The notes below the pieces were generated by a model. That model was not told the DNA's origin. It worked only from the letters and a program-made list of their open reading frames with translations, and made no database searches. A DNA stretch of 64,000 nucleotides from Dipteris shenzhenensis (Eukaryota): NCBI GenBank assembly GCA_047967505.1, contig CM106538.1; one strand, 5' to 3'. A program made the position numbers and the translations under genes. Of this stretch, positions 12,808 to 25,375 are shown in pieces (positions within the stretch are counted from its first letter, which is position 1; every line of letters starts with the position of its first letter).

Positions 12808-13020
12808 AGATTCCTTCACAAGGGATCTAAATGTTAGGGGTCACTTTTGCTCTTCAGGTGGTTGGCTAGGTGGTTGTGTATTTCTTTCACATGCTTGTGA
12901 GGTGGCTGCATGTTCTAATCGTCTTCTAGCAGCCACCTCACGAGCACGTGAATGAAACACACAACCACCTGAAGAGCAAAAGCGACCCCCCTAACATTTA
13001 GATCCCTTGTGAAGGAATCT
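12808..13020. repeat. Inverted repeat / hairpin, arms 12808-12909 and 12929-13020, 19-nt loop
   Basis: agattccttcacaagggatctaaatgttagggg..gaggtggctgc is the reverse complement of gcagccacctc..ctaacatttagatcccttgtgaaggaatct, with a 12-nt insert in the left arm and few mismatches. Confidence 0.95.
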
Positions 13021-13852
13021 AGTTATTAACATTTTTATTTTTACTAGAACTAGATCCTGGTAACATAAAAATATATAGACTAGTCACTCATTCATTTTTA
13101 CATAACATAAATTTTCTTATTCATAGACATCCTTTTGTACCCCTATTGTTACCTAAAAAAGGTGTTGAAAAATCATTTCTTTAAGAAACATCCCTCATAG
13201 TCACTCTCAATGTAATAATATTATACATATATAATTACTTATTAAACACATTTATATCATATGTTTCTAGTGTTTTTATAACATAAATGACAAGATATTT
13301 ATGGATATGTTTCTTAACAAGTTTAAATTACTATAAATTAGGATTAACTTGGGCTTCTACATCACTCTCATAAAGTACTTGTAATATTTAATACTATGTA
13401 TGCAAGAATTTTCAAAATATAACCCCATAGATGTGCACAAATGGCGTTTTTCACTCAATTTGAGTGGTTGAATGACTATATTTAGACATTGGATGTGAAA
13501 GTTATGTCACTTTTAAAAGTGATGTCTGGCAAGGTAGTTTCACCAGCAAAGCTACCTTAGAAGACTTGCTTCAAAGGGGTTTTGCTAGCAAAACTACCTT
13601 GATGGCTTGCTTCAATGAGGTTTCTTTGGAGAAACCCTTTCATGAAGATAGGTTGAGAGAGGGTTTCAATGTCACCCCTTATTAAGTAAAAGTTGTAAGA
13701 AGGATCATAAGAGAATTTTCATAGAGAAGTCTACTTACATGTGGGTTTCTTCAAAAGCTATCCCATTATGCTACTCGTCATTCCCAAAGATTCATGTAAA
13801 CATTTGTGTATAAAATAGGCATTGCTATTATACTTTGCATATTTTCTCCTTT

Positions 13853-14452
13853 TCAGATTCTAGCATGATACTGCAAGCTTTCAAAGCACCAACAAAGGCT
13901 TGATGAAGCTAGTACATCACAATGAAGTAAAGCATCACTGTGCATCATCCATGATCCCACATTTTGCATGCCCACAAATACATCTGAATCAAAACCACTC
14001 TTTACTACTTGAGAGTGGATAGCTCTAGCTTTTGTCAGGCACCATATTTTTGCACGATAGGTTTGCTTTGTCTCATCTAGTTCTATCATGTTGCTTCATG
14101 TCTTTAATGCCCCAACAAAGGTCCAATTTTTTGCACTAATGCCCATACTAGAGTGCATTTCAGCAAACAATTCCAAAGCCATAGTATTGTTTTCTTGATC
14201 AACATGCCCCAGGATTATGATATTCCATGTAAACACATCACAATGAGGCAATTCATCAAATACACACTTGATGTTCCCACATTTCACATACATTTTCATG
14301 AAGGCATTTCCAACAAATGCATCTACCTCAAAGCCACTCTTAAATAATTGTGAGTGGATTGCTCTACCTTTCGCAAGCAATTTTATTTTTTCAAGTTTAC
14401 CCTCAAAGTGATTCTCCACTTCCACTACTGTCAAGCCACTACAAGCCTTCAA
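13853..14452 (-). pseudogene. PLS-class pentatricopeptide repeat (PPR) protein fragment
   Basis: KGRAIHSQLFKSGFEVDAFVGNAFMKMYVKCG..VFDELPHCDVFTWNIIILGHV..ALELFAEM..WTFVGALK, then a second ARAIHSQVVKSGFDSDVFVG unit; stop at ~14096 and deletions. Confidence 0.9.
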
Positions 14453-14917
14453 TTGAATTGATAGATTTTTCTCCCATTTAATGTCACTTGATGATTGTGC
14501 AATACTATACCCATTTCATATTGAGGGGAGTGCTGAGATTTTGTACATTAGGATGACTAGAGGGATTTAAAGATCTTCATGTGATTGGAGGATATATCTA
14601 TTGGATGGGATTTGGATTAGGAGATGAGGGCTTGAAAGTAGGTGTGAGGAATCTAATAGGATACAAATAGCGAAAACAGTCTCTAGAAAATATATATCAT
14701 ACTTGCAAAATCATGATCTAGAGAGAGAAACACTCTATCAGCTCTTTCTAAGAGATGGGACTACGTACAAGGCTTAGCAATGATTCCTTCTACCCTATCC
14801 TAGATTTGAAAACCTTCAAACCTCAAAAAGCATCAAGAACTAGCTTGAGTCATCTACTTCCCTTCCTCTCTCTCACTTTCCTCTTTTTCCTAGCTCATCC
14901 CTCACATTAAACACCAA

Positions 14918-15290
14918 AACCAAGCACTTTTCACCTAGCCACTAAGTGTAGGGCAATGGGGAGATAATGGAAGAACCACACGCAAGTAAAGGCATACCTT
15001 GTACTCCCTCACAATGATGCAAAAAATGTGTAGTCTGGCAGTGAGTCACATGTTGTGGGGATCTTGAAGGGATGCCGTTGGAGCCTCCTCCACCATTCTA
15101 CTCCTTATGGGAGCAATACAACCACATACGGTCCTAGAGTGTCATGCAAATAGCTTTTGAAATCTGAATCCTCAAGAGGAGAAGGGAAGGGAAGAAGGGG
15201 AGAGGGGAGAGGAAGAAGGAAAGGGAAGGGGAGTGGAAGCATGAAGCAAGAGAGGGGAAGAGGGGTGAGAGGCATTCACAAAGGCAAGAG
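14918..15290 (-). mobile_element. Athila-like LTR 3' end plus decayed PBS; paralog of 52204-52510 + 58803-58835
   Basis: Direct similarity to 52204-52510; decayed PBS at ~15005-15025. Confidence 0.6.
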
Positions 15291-15999
15291 CAAGAAGATC
15301 CTAAACAACACTCTTGAGAGAGAGCTTGTATTTCTCAGACTTGCAAGTTTACAACTGAAGACCAAAGTGACTTTCTTCCTTTTATACAAGTCACCTTTTG
15401 AAGGAAGGGCCAAAATTTTTAATCCTTTTACTCCCTCTATTATCTCTCTTTACAACTTGCTTGGGCCTATCCCGCTCCAAGGCATGGTGCTACTCTCTTT
15501 CTTTTGTCTTGGCTTCTTGCTCCACTTTCGTTGTTGCTTTCCCATGTTTTGTAAATGGCACTTGTGTTATCCAATTATGACTATAGGCAGGGTAATCATG
15601 GTGGTATGCCATGTTATACCTTCTCACAAAAGGCCCAAGATCCCAAGCTAGTGGTCGTGGGCTAGTATTGCAAAATGGCACTTGTGTTATCCTAACTTGG
15701 GCAGTTGGACTCAGGTGACTGTTTCAAAACTGCATAAAACTACATGTTTGGTTCTACATGTTTGGTTTAAGAGAACCCCAAATGTGGTGCCTTTGTTAAC
15801 CAATGTGATACTGTTCACCCATGCGGTAGCATGCCCCCCTTCCTACAGTTGATCCATATATGGATAAAGACATGCAAAGCAAGCTTGAAGTTGGTATTGT
15901 TTTGATTAGGGAGTGTCAATTGAGGATCTAAAAAAAGGGAAAATTGTTCTGCCAAAAATGAGTGTTATGCATGTCCTCAAAAGTACGGTTCTGTGTGCA

Positions 16000-18900
16000 C
16001 CCGAAGGTACATGCAGATAACTTGTTTATAGAAGGGGTACTCATCTAGATCAAAAACGAGTTCAGGGCAGAGATTTAATTTCCACTCTTTCACTGTTGGA
16101 AATCTTTTAGGAACATCCTATAACAAAATGATCCAAAAGCTAGAAAAAATAAAAATGGAGGGCACAACTGTAGGATCCGAGACTTTTGCATACATGTCCA
16201 TAAATTGTGGCATCTCATAAGTGACACCATAAGAAGTGGCAAATTTTGGTAAGTTAAAGCATGGAAAATTGTACACGATGTTAGGGTTGCTTTCATGGGT
16301 CTTTCAAAATATGCTCCACTTCCAATGTCGGTGGAGAGGCATATAAGCAGGATGAATATAGTGGTCCTAACATGCATTACAATATATGCTCCAATATTAA
16401 GGTTGCTTTAAGAATGGGAGCCACCAAGCTAGATGCATTCCTGCATCTGCACCATTGAAGGGCACATCTTTGGGATTGGGATCCGCGTACCTTCGTCTAG
16501 TCTCGAGCTTATTGGATGCCTGCCACTTCTAAAATATCTTTTGATAAAAGTGGTCAAGGCTCTCACTTCCATGAGATCAACAGCCTTCAGATCAAAACTT
16601 TGGATTTAATCTTTCCATCGACTTAGATTAGTGAGGTCTTTGAAAGGCTTGCACTTATGCAAAATGTGGTACCACTTGGGGTCGTTGAGAGGTATGTCTT
16701 TGACCTGATCATGCAATTTAGTTGGGAAGTGGTTTGGTCTATCAAGAGTGGGTCCTCTGAAAGAGGTTCTATTAGTACAAAGGCCAGTCGAAGTTTAGTT
16801 TGTACCTATCGGGAGAAAATTCGGTGGGCTGGTCCTGATCTATCCCTAGAGGTCAATCCAATATCTCGATGTGTGTGTCAGTAGATGGTTGTGAGGTAGA
16901 TGACTATGTATATGGGGTAGAGGTGGTGGGGTTAGGGAAATTAAGGTAAGTATTTTGGGAGGAAGAAGGTGTGCGGTTAATGTTTGTGGAGGGGTGTGGC
17001 AAGTGTGAGGTATCAGGATGAGCAGTCGAATTGAAGATTGCTATAACTCTATTAGCCACTTCTTTGGTAAGTAGTTTGGGATAAGTGACATGCTCAATTT
17101 CAAAATGACTAAAGTTGTCTTAGAGCATGCACTACATGGCTTCCAAAATTTTATTGTAAAGGATGAGAATGCTAGACAGGTGGTATTGGGTGATGCTATC
17201 AAGAGATATTGATGGATTCTTTGACCTTCCTATCGCGTTCTCGTAGCCACCCGAGGCCTTCAGCGATGGAATGTGGAGAGCAAGCCCATGTTGGGAGGTT
17301 GCTGGGCTTAGATAGTTTAAGAACCTAGGTCTTAGTGGGAAAAAGGGAGGACTCCATTATCTACCTACACCAACCATGAAAATTGAGGATGATAGAATGA
17401 AGGGGGAGTTGTTGAATGTCATGGTCCTTGGAAAATTTTAGGTCATCACTAAAGAAGGCCATGGACAAAATGGGATGGGCATGAAGAGAATGGCGGCACA
17501 AGATGTCAAAACTGTAAGTGGGGGGAAGAGGATTATTAAGGTCTAAGTGGTATTGGATGGAAGCAATTTTATTAACATGGAAGTGGAAGGTGTCTTCTAC
17601 AATGTGGGTTTCAAGATTGCTAAGGCCTCCAAAGCTCGCTCATATTCCACCTCCTTCTGGTTGTCAATCTTTATTTCTTTGCTTTGTTGGTTTTTTGACA
17701 CTTCTAGATGATGATACAATTGATTATAGTTTTCCAGCCTATTAGGAAAGAAGGGAACTCATTTTGGGGCCCTCTAAGAAATTCACTATTTACCTATTTT
17801 TGTTGCACTCAAAATATGGGAAATGCCATAAAATACGGATACTTTACTGCAAAAATGTTAGTCTAGTACTCAAGCTTCACATTAAATGCATATATAAGAT
17901 CCTTGAGTTTCTATGTAGTATCTGACATCGCCAACCCGTCTGGAGCAAGCCAAAACCCCCAAATCGACCCTAGAGACACCGAAAACTGACGCCGGAGACC
18001 CGAAAAAGGGCAAAAATGCATGGAATGGGGGATTTGCACAAAAACACGTTTTGGTCAGCTCGCACTGAATGGGGGATTTGCACAAAAATGCAATTTTTCC
18101 AGCTCACACAATGCGAGCTGGCCAAATCGTGTTTTTGTGCAAATCTCCCATTCTGAGCATTTTTGCCCTTTTCCGAGCCTTCGAGCGTCGGTTTTTGATG
18201 TCTCCAGGGTCAATTTGAGGGTTTTGGCCCACTTCAGACGCATTCGCGATGTCAAAATCATCATATACTGCACAAAAAAATCATCTTTTGAAGATCACGT
18301 ATGTTAGACATAATAAAAGAAAAAGATTTTGAATATGACTTGTTTTATATTTTTACATGGTTTTTTGTATTTTTCCAACGTTATGTTGGCCCTCTTCTGA
18401 TTGGTCGAGAGCCTATCTTTCTAAACCCTAAAAGGCCCCAAAATGAGCTCCCTTTGTTTCTAATAGGCTAGTCCCTAATATTGGCTTGGAGAGCTTTGGT
18501 TTGCTTTTTCTAGGCTATGTGGGTCTTCTCTACAACTGTGCAATATTGTTATAGGGCCTATTTGGTTTTGGAACTTTAAATTGCGAGCATGTCTACTCGT
18601 GCCGTTTCTACTAAGAGCTCCTTTTCAAGATCATCGTTCCATTCGAGGAGATAAATGGCCAGTTCTCGGTCCTTGCGTGCTGTGTCCTCTAGGGCTTCAC
18701 CTAGAGGACTTCACCAATGGCTTGGAGGAGTTTGCGTACCTTGCCCTTTCCAAGTTCAAGCTCCTGCATGAGTTGATCGATTCTTTGTCGAACTGAGTAC
18801 CTTGACTACCTTTGAGAGGGTCTAATGGTGGCGCTTGAAATTTTTGTGGGCCATTTTTGTGCCTTGGACAATGGAGTCCCTAAATCTCTCCTCCATGAGT

Positions 18901-20540
18901 GCTACCTTGGTTGGCACCTACTCCCTTAGCTATTTCTATTCGGTTGTGAGCAATAGGTGGAGTTCATACAGTGCTTAAGGGCCCCTTGGACATCAATCTT
19001 GTTTGTCTCATGAAATGGATTGCTACTTCAACCATCGGGGCCTTGTCCTTGAAAGAGGATAGCAAAGATGCCATCTGCTTTGAGATGTCTAAAAGCGACG
19101 TTTGAGTATCGGGGCCAACAGGATCAATGAAGGAAAAAAAGATATCATTATATAGCTGGTCCTCAATGAATTCGTGATGCCTTGGCTGCTATTGTTGATG
19201 ATCTTGTTATTGCTCCTATTGTTTCTCCAAGATTTGAGTGGTCATGATGTGGAGTGTGACCATGGCGAGAGACATTGTCAAACCTTTCTTATGTGTGATT
19301 GTCACCTTTTCCTTAGCTCTCTCTAACACGTTCTTGGCCCATTGAGAGGATGCTTGGGAAATTTCTTACTGCCTTTGATATTTTGCCTGCTCTTGTGTGG
19401 TTAAGGGGGGTGGAATTGGAGCTCATGGTAGTTGGACACGGCATGAATTGCATTCTATAGCTCCGTAGTGATTGGCCGATCAGTTGGGCTTAGAGATATG
19501 CTTAATGATTGGTATGAAAAGCATGGGGTTACCAATTGTTTATTAAGGATTATGACACTGAAGATGAAGCTCTTTATAAAAGTAGTCGGCTCGCTGTGGA
19601 ACTGCACCAAATCAAGGAGTCAAAGGAACAGCTTGGGCATGATGACATTATGATGATTTGACACAACCACCTTTGTTAGGAAGCAGAGCACTCGGGCTGG
19701 CTTGACAAAAGATTTATATTTAATATTATCAAATGGAATGCCTCCCTTGTTGTGGTGATGACTATCCCAATCAACAGGGGGTACAATTTTTTGTTCGAGG
19801 TGCCACACTTTCAGTAAAGGTTCGATCATGACTAGGAAACCAAAGACGGACTTGATGGAATCAATGATAATTTGAAAGTGGTACATGATGCCTAGTTCAT
19901 ATAAAAATGTAACCCTAGTTACTTGGTTGTAATTATCCATGAACTAGATTACCAACTTCAAATCTAGGTAGCACGGTAGGTGGTTGACTAAAGACATGAT
20001 CCCAACTGCTTCTAGGTAAGGTTGAATTTCGGGGTTGTGGCAAGCCTAATAGCATTGGTAGCTGTGATACCAGAGGATGAAATCAAGATTGGGATTGTAA
20101 AGCAGAAAGGAGATGAATCACCATGCCTTGAAGAGATTCTAGCTGCTGGTGCCCTAGGGGGGATGTATTTGCAGAGTATCTAAGTGCTCTATGTATAGCG
20201 GGGCCATTGGGGTTACTTTGCATCGCTTAGCTGGTTGGGAAGTGGATGCCTATCCAGATTCTTGAGACTAGGATTGGGAGTGGGTTTCCATGGTCAATTG
20301 CTCTTTGATACTGGGATCGGGGAGGGGTAGAGAGATGGACGGAGCTATTGAGGGGGAATGACAGAGGTGGGAGGAGTATGGCAGTGGAGAGAGTGTTGGA
20401 TGAAGTGGAGAGACTAGTGGATGGGGTGGTGAGACTAGTTGTTTCCCCTTGGGAGGGTCACTAGGCCAAATGAGTAATAATTTGGAAGAGGCCACTTAAG
20501 GAGTCATCATAACTTTCAAGGGTAGAATCCATGTAGATGG
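16000..20540 (-). pseudogene. Long degenerate minus-strand coding region of unknown TE-associated protein(s)
   Basis: Pro-rich start (PPKGKQLVSPPHP), globular block FMDNYNQVTRVTFLYELG..GGIPFDNIKY (19620-19940), coiled-coil-like block ~18580-18800; conserved in the paralog at 47970-48915. Confidence 0.4.
17923..18254. repeat. Imperfect inverted repeat (~140-bp arms), MITE/foldback-like
   Basis: 17923-18064 pairs with 18111-18254 at roughly 80% by eye; GC-rich island in AT-rich flanks. Confidence 0.85.
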
Positions 20541-22779
20541 GGGTAGCGGGAGGGCTGGGAATCAATATTGTAGGCTATGGAAAGTTCTGGACAAATTTGG
20601 TTGCAATGGGTAATGCAGTGAATTTTTTCCAAGGGGGTTCCTTTCTATAGAAAATTAATTCAGTGTGCACTGAATTAGCTAATTCATCATGCATTGAATT
20701 AGAGGATCACTGAACTACTATCACGTTGTGCACTGACTTGGTATCCCCACATGGCATTGGGTTATTTAACGTGGTGCACGTTGTCTTATTAACCCAACGT
20801 ACCTTAAATTGCTAATTCAACATGTGCTGGGTTAGCCTTAATGCAATGTGTTTTTCAAGTTGGCCTTTTTTCGGCATTTTTGGGAATTTTGGACATTTCT
20901 TAACATTTTGTGATATTTTGTGACCCGATCGAGGACTCTAACTTAGCTTATGTTACAATTGGAAGGGTTGTCATCAGTAGGGTAGACTTGAAGAATGGCA
21001 GACCCTAAAAACATGGACTATGCATGGGGGGAGGAATTTTGACTCTTGTCCTTAGGCCTAGACTTTGTTGGTGGGGTGTTGTGCATGGACTGAGTTTAGA
21101 CTATCAGGACCCTACTCACCTAGCACACGTGGATTTGACCAAGAGGACTGCCTAACCTAGACACTCACCTAAGACTACAACATATGGATGCAGGTGAGTT
21201 TTTCTTGGAATCAAAACCCTTTTAAGAAAATAACAAGGCAACATACCATGCTACCAACTAAGATGAGAAGGGATTGGTAGGTTGGGATACTGGTTGATCC
21301 CTCTAGTGTGTCAATGGTGATTTTAGTCACTCCATTCTATTCCGAGGCAATAGTGCTATGTTGAGTTGCTACAGATTGTCGACCCTAGCAAGTGATGTTA
21401 CATTTTTATTAGGTATCTAAAGGTGGGCATGAAGCACCTTTCCTCGACCTTTATATCTCCTTCCCATCCAAGGGCATACATGAGGCACCTAATCCTCAAC
21501 CTTGGATCAACATCACCATCTAAGGGATCATCTTCTTGCATTCATTGACTCGAGAAATCCCACAAACTAAGATGCAATCGAATGGCTCACGTGCCACACC
21601 GATTGTCCCCTTTGGATCAAAGGCCCATCTAACGACACGCGTGAATTGCTTAATGTGTGCCATTGGATGAACCGCATCCATCTAACAGATCACAATGCAT
21701 GCCTTTTTGTAGCTATAGGATGAGAGAACATCCAATGGCCATGATTGGATGGCAGTGCACCCCTTGAGAGGACTACTAACTTTTTCCCACATGTATGGAG
21801 GCGAGCCTGTGTGTGAAATGCAACCTTCTACCCCCTTCTACAGTTGATGTTAGATCCAATGTCGATCTAATGGTCAAAATTGAATACTCATTGAGCATTA
21901 ATCTGGGTGTGCCATGTGGACGACTGCCTTGTTACATAATCAACAATGTCCATTAGATCTTGTAGATCTACTAATGGTCCAAATGCAACCGCCATGCCCA
22001 TTGAATGCAATGTGGAGCATGCTATCTGGACCGTTGGATCTTGCAAGATCAATGGCTGTGAATAAGATAGATTGACACCTTGGTTCTCGCCCCTAATCCG
22101 ATGACCAAGATCACCTCTTGAGAATTTGAATTCCCCTTTACGTTGGTAAAAGGGGTAAAGGTTCATGCATGTTTATTTAGACACTTGGAGACTTATTAAG
22201 TAATAAGACAAAAGAAAACAATCTTGAGAAGTGCATGAAGAACACAATCAATCCCAAATTGACTTTGGTGATTTGAGAGGAATATAATTTTTGTACCTAA
22301 GAGATCATGCATTGTCCACAATACCTTTGACTTGAAAATAATGTTGGAGTAAAGGCCTCAAAATATCATACATCTCCATGACGTTTCATAATATTGGAAC
22401 TCGTCTAAGATCAAGCGTCTGGAAATCATACCTTGGAGTCAAAAGATAAGCTTGGGATCAGTCCTTGGAATCATGGCTTGTATCCAATGCTCATCGTAAT
22501 CTACTCAGGCCATTAGGGCAGATTTGGAGTAAAAATGGGCGCTCCAACTTGAGGGCCTAATTAGCTTAAGGGCCTAATTCTTTCTCTAATCAAAAAATTA
22601 GCAATCCACTAATGAAGTGGCTCAAGCATTTAAAGAATTTTGGAAATTTCCCTCCTCATTGCTGGAAGGAAATGCTCCAACTTGCAATTAGCACTCCAAA
22701 AATCTTTTCAAGATGGTATATGAGAAGCACATCCTATGAAGCATCTACATTGAGTGGATTAATCTTTTGGTGTTGTAGA

Positions 22780-24900
22780 AGTGGCTTTTGTTCCTCTAGT
22801 CTTTACATCCGCAACCACTTTGGCATGATCTAAAAGTACCAATGCCTCCACTTGGCATGCAACATCTTTCCATATTTTACTCTTTCTTGTTGGAGGTATC
22901 ATAAAGTCACAAATCTATTGACCCAATGCATGTATCAAAAAATGTGGTAAGAAGTATATGGAGTATGTGATTGGGGATAGAGACGGCATAAAAGCATGAG
23001 AGGACTTGAAAGTGATGGGAACCAATCTAGACCTTTTGGTCAAAACACATCAATGGAAAGGTGCTTTTATCGAAGGAACCATGGGTGTTGACAAAAATAG
23101 AAGAGAGTTCTGTGAAAAGTGTTATCTCAAGTATGAAAAAACCCTCGATTGGGCATATGTGTAGCTTGATGGATTGCTTTACTTTGAATTGAAAAATAAG
23201 TGGTCTCAAGTCATATGATTGGCAAAAAATGATATTGGAATTAATATGCATGTACTTAAAAAAGTAAGTGGTCTCAAGTCACATGATTGGCACAAAATGA
23301 CACAGGTAACATTATTTCCACTTGAACTCAAAAAAAAAAATACACTTTTGTTTTCATTTACTGATACATTATTGTTACTATAGTTTGTACTTCTTCTTGC
23401 TTTGCACTGATGTGGTACTAAAGATGCATTGAATGCCACCAATAAGCTCAATGTATTTATAAGGTGTGTTGGAGGGTCTAATGTGCATGTCTAATTTTCC
23501 TTCTCATTGACAAACTTAGTTCCAATTTATATCCGATGGGTATATGCCGGTGGATCTCATCAAAAGAAAGACATAAATCATCCATTTAGGAAATGAGAAT
23601 TTTAGCCACAGTAATGTCATATGTTTGATTAAAAAGGCATTTACATTAAAAAGGAGAGTACAGTAAGGAAACTAGCCAACTTTGAAGCTAGAGTAGAACA
23701 AGTATTATAGACACACTACATCTAATCGTGCACTTGGTAGATGAATTGGCATATGCAAAAACTTTGCGTAGGCAATGGATGTCTTTCTTTGAACTATTTT
23801 TGAGGTGTTGCAAGGGTATGTAAGTCAAAAATCTAGATGAGAGGGTAGCATGTTATAAATTTTCTTATGCAAACCAATCTAGATATGCCTTGACTTTGGG
23901 ATGATACCACTGATCCACAGGTTGTAGGAGATATTGTACAAGGGAAGAGAAAGAAAAGAAAATGAATATATCCTTGAAACTCAAAGTGAACACCTTTTGT
24001 CTTTCCAAATGTGGAGAACTGGAAAAATGGATCAAACAATATGAAGGAGAAAGAGATGAAAGAGAGGAGGATAGAAAGACATCAGGAAGGACCAAGAGAG
24101 ATAAGCCTTATCCCCCATAGTTATCAATAATGACTACTAAATGCACCTTCAATTAGAAAATGCTCTCAAAGATGCCAATCAAGGATGGGAGATTTGTGAC
24201 ATAGGACACGGTGTTGTGACGTATGGGTATATAATCATATTTCTTTTATTTATATTCATTTATGTATAACCTTTAGGTATATGCTACAAAAAATCCATTA
24301 CCTTTACAGTATTGTTTGTTCAATGCAATGTGGGCATACAATAGTTACTATTGAGTAGAGAAAATTAATGTAAAGCACAACATATTTGATCAACAAGACA
24401 TGGCCGACTTTTTTCAAGATAGTAGATGTTGTGAGAGGGATACAAATCTCATTGTAGGTAAAATGAATTATGTTGGAACCATACAAGACATTTTGCAAAG
24501 TGATATTTAAAGCATTCAAAGTATTTGTATTTGATGCAAAATGTTTGAAGTCATCTCTGGAGGTGCTCAAGCTACATTCAGAAAGGACCCAAATTGTTTT
24601 CTTCTATCGACTCAATATAAATATAGGATGAAGTTATTGACACATTCATCTACCCATGCACTATGAGTAAGCATGCATTTTTCTTATATTGGTGTCTTTC
24701 CCTTGGATTTCATTAAAGCCTGCATGGACATATCATAAATTTTTCCTCAACTATATATATCTTACATGTTTTCTCAACTCGATTGTTGATTGAAAAATTA
24801 ATGGTGGTTTGTGATTCAAGTTGCACCTAGAAATCAATATATATTTAAAAATATGGAAGTGGAGTGTGAAATGGAAGATTAAAAAACAAATGTGTTGGAA
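22780..24900 (+). mobile_element. CACTA/EnSpm transposase relic (Tnp2, DUF4218-like and DUF4216-like blocks), intron-containing
   Basis: NLLDPMHVSKN (~22912-22945), SGLKSHDWHKM (~23267-23300, duplicated at ~23200), LHLIVHLVDELAY..QWMSFFE (~23716-23793), YVGTIQDILQ..FKVFVFDAK (~24470-24545), WWFVIQVAPR (~24800-24830). Confidence 0.85.
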
Positions 24901-25244
24901 GCTATCACTTCCAATACACGTCCTACAAGATTTTTGGAACGTAAAGATAGTTTGAGTTCCTCAAACACTAATTTAGGAGAGCTCGATTTACATGCTAAAG
25001 ATGTGCAAGACCTGACCATGGATGATCAAGAGGATGAGGATCAATCTCAAGAAGATTCTAGTGAGGAATGGATGACAACATTGATAGAAAATATTTTTGG
25101 TTGTGAAACATTTGTATTTGATCTCATTATTACAAGGGGTAGAGTGAAACCCCCACTATCCAAAATTATTAATGGGGTTAAAGTGCTTGCAGACTATCAA
25201 TGTTTTTTTTAATGCTATGTTTTTTCCAAAAGCATTATCAACAC

Positions 25245-25375
25245 AAATATCAATGCTAGTATTGATGTTTTGAAAGTTCCTACAACAAAATCGATGCTTA
25301 TATTGGTTGTAATATCGATGCTTTTATTGATTGTAATATCGATGCCTATATCGACTTTAATATCAATGCTATTAT
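25245..25375. repeat. Tandem ATATCRATGC motif array, possibly CACTA subterminal repeats
   Basis: Five to six atatcgatgc/atatcaatgc copies downstream of the transposase relic. Confidence 0.6.

Noticed and set aside
14521-14900. Copia-type PPT followed by TG (ttgaggggag tgctgag) as an LTR start
   Set aside because: No partner LTR or adjacent pol sequence found to support it.
15157-15651. 164-aa ORF with basic N-terminus and hydrophobic C-terminus (env-like?)
   Set aside because: Lies in a purine-rich LTR-like repeat; the paralog at 52.4 kb does not keep the frame.
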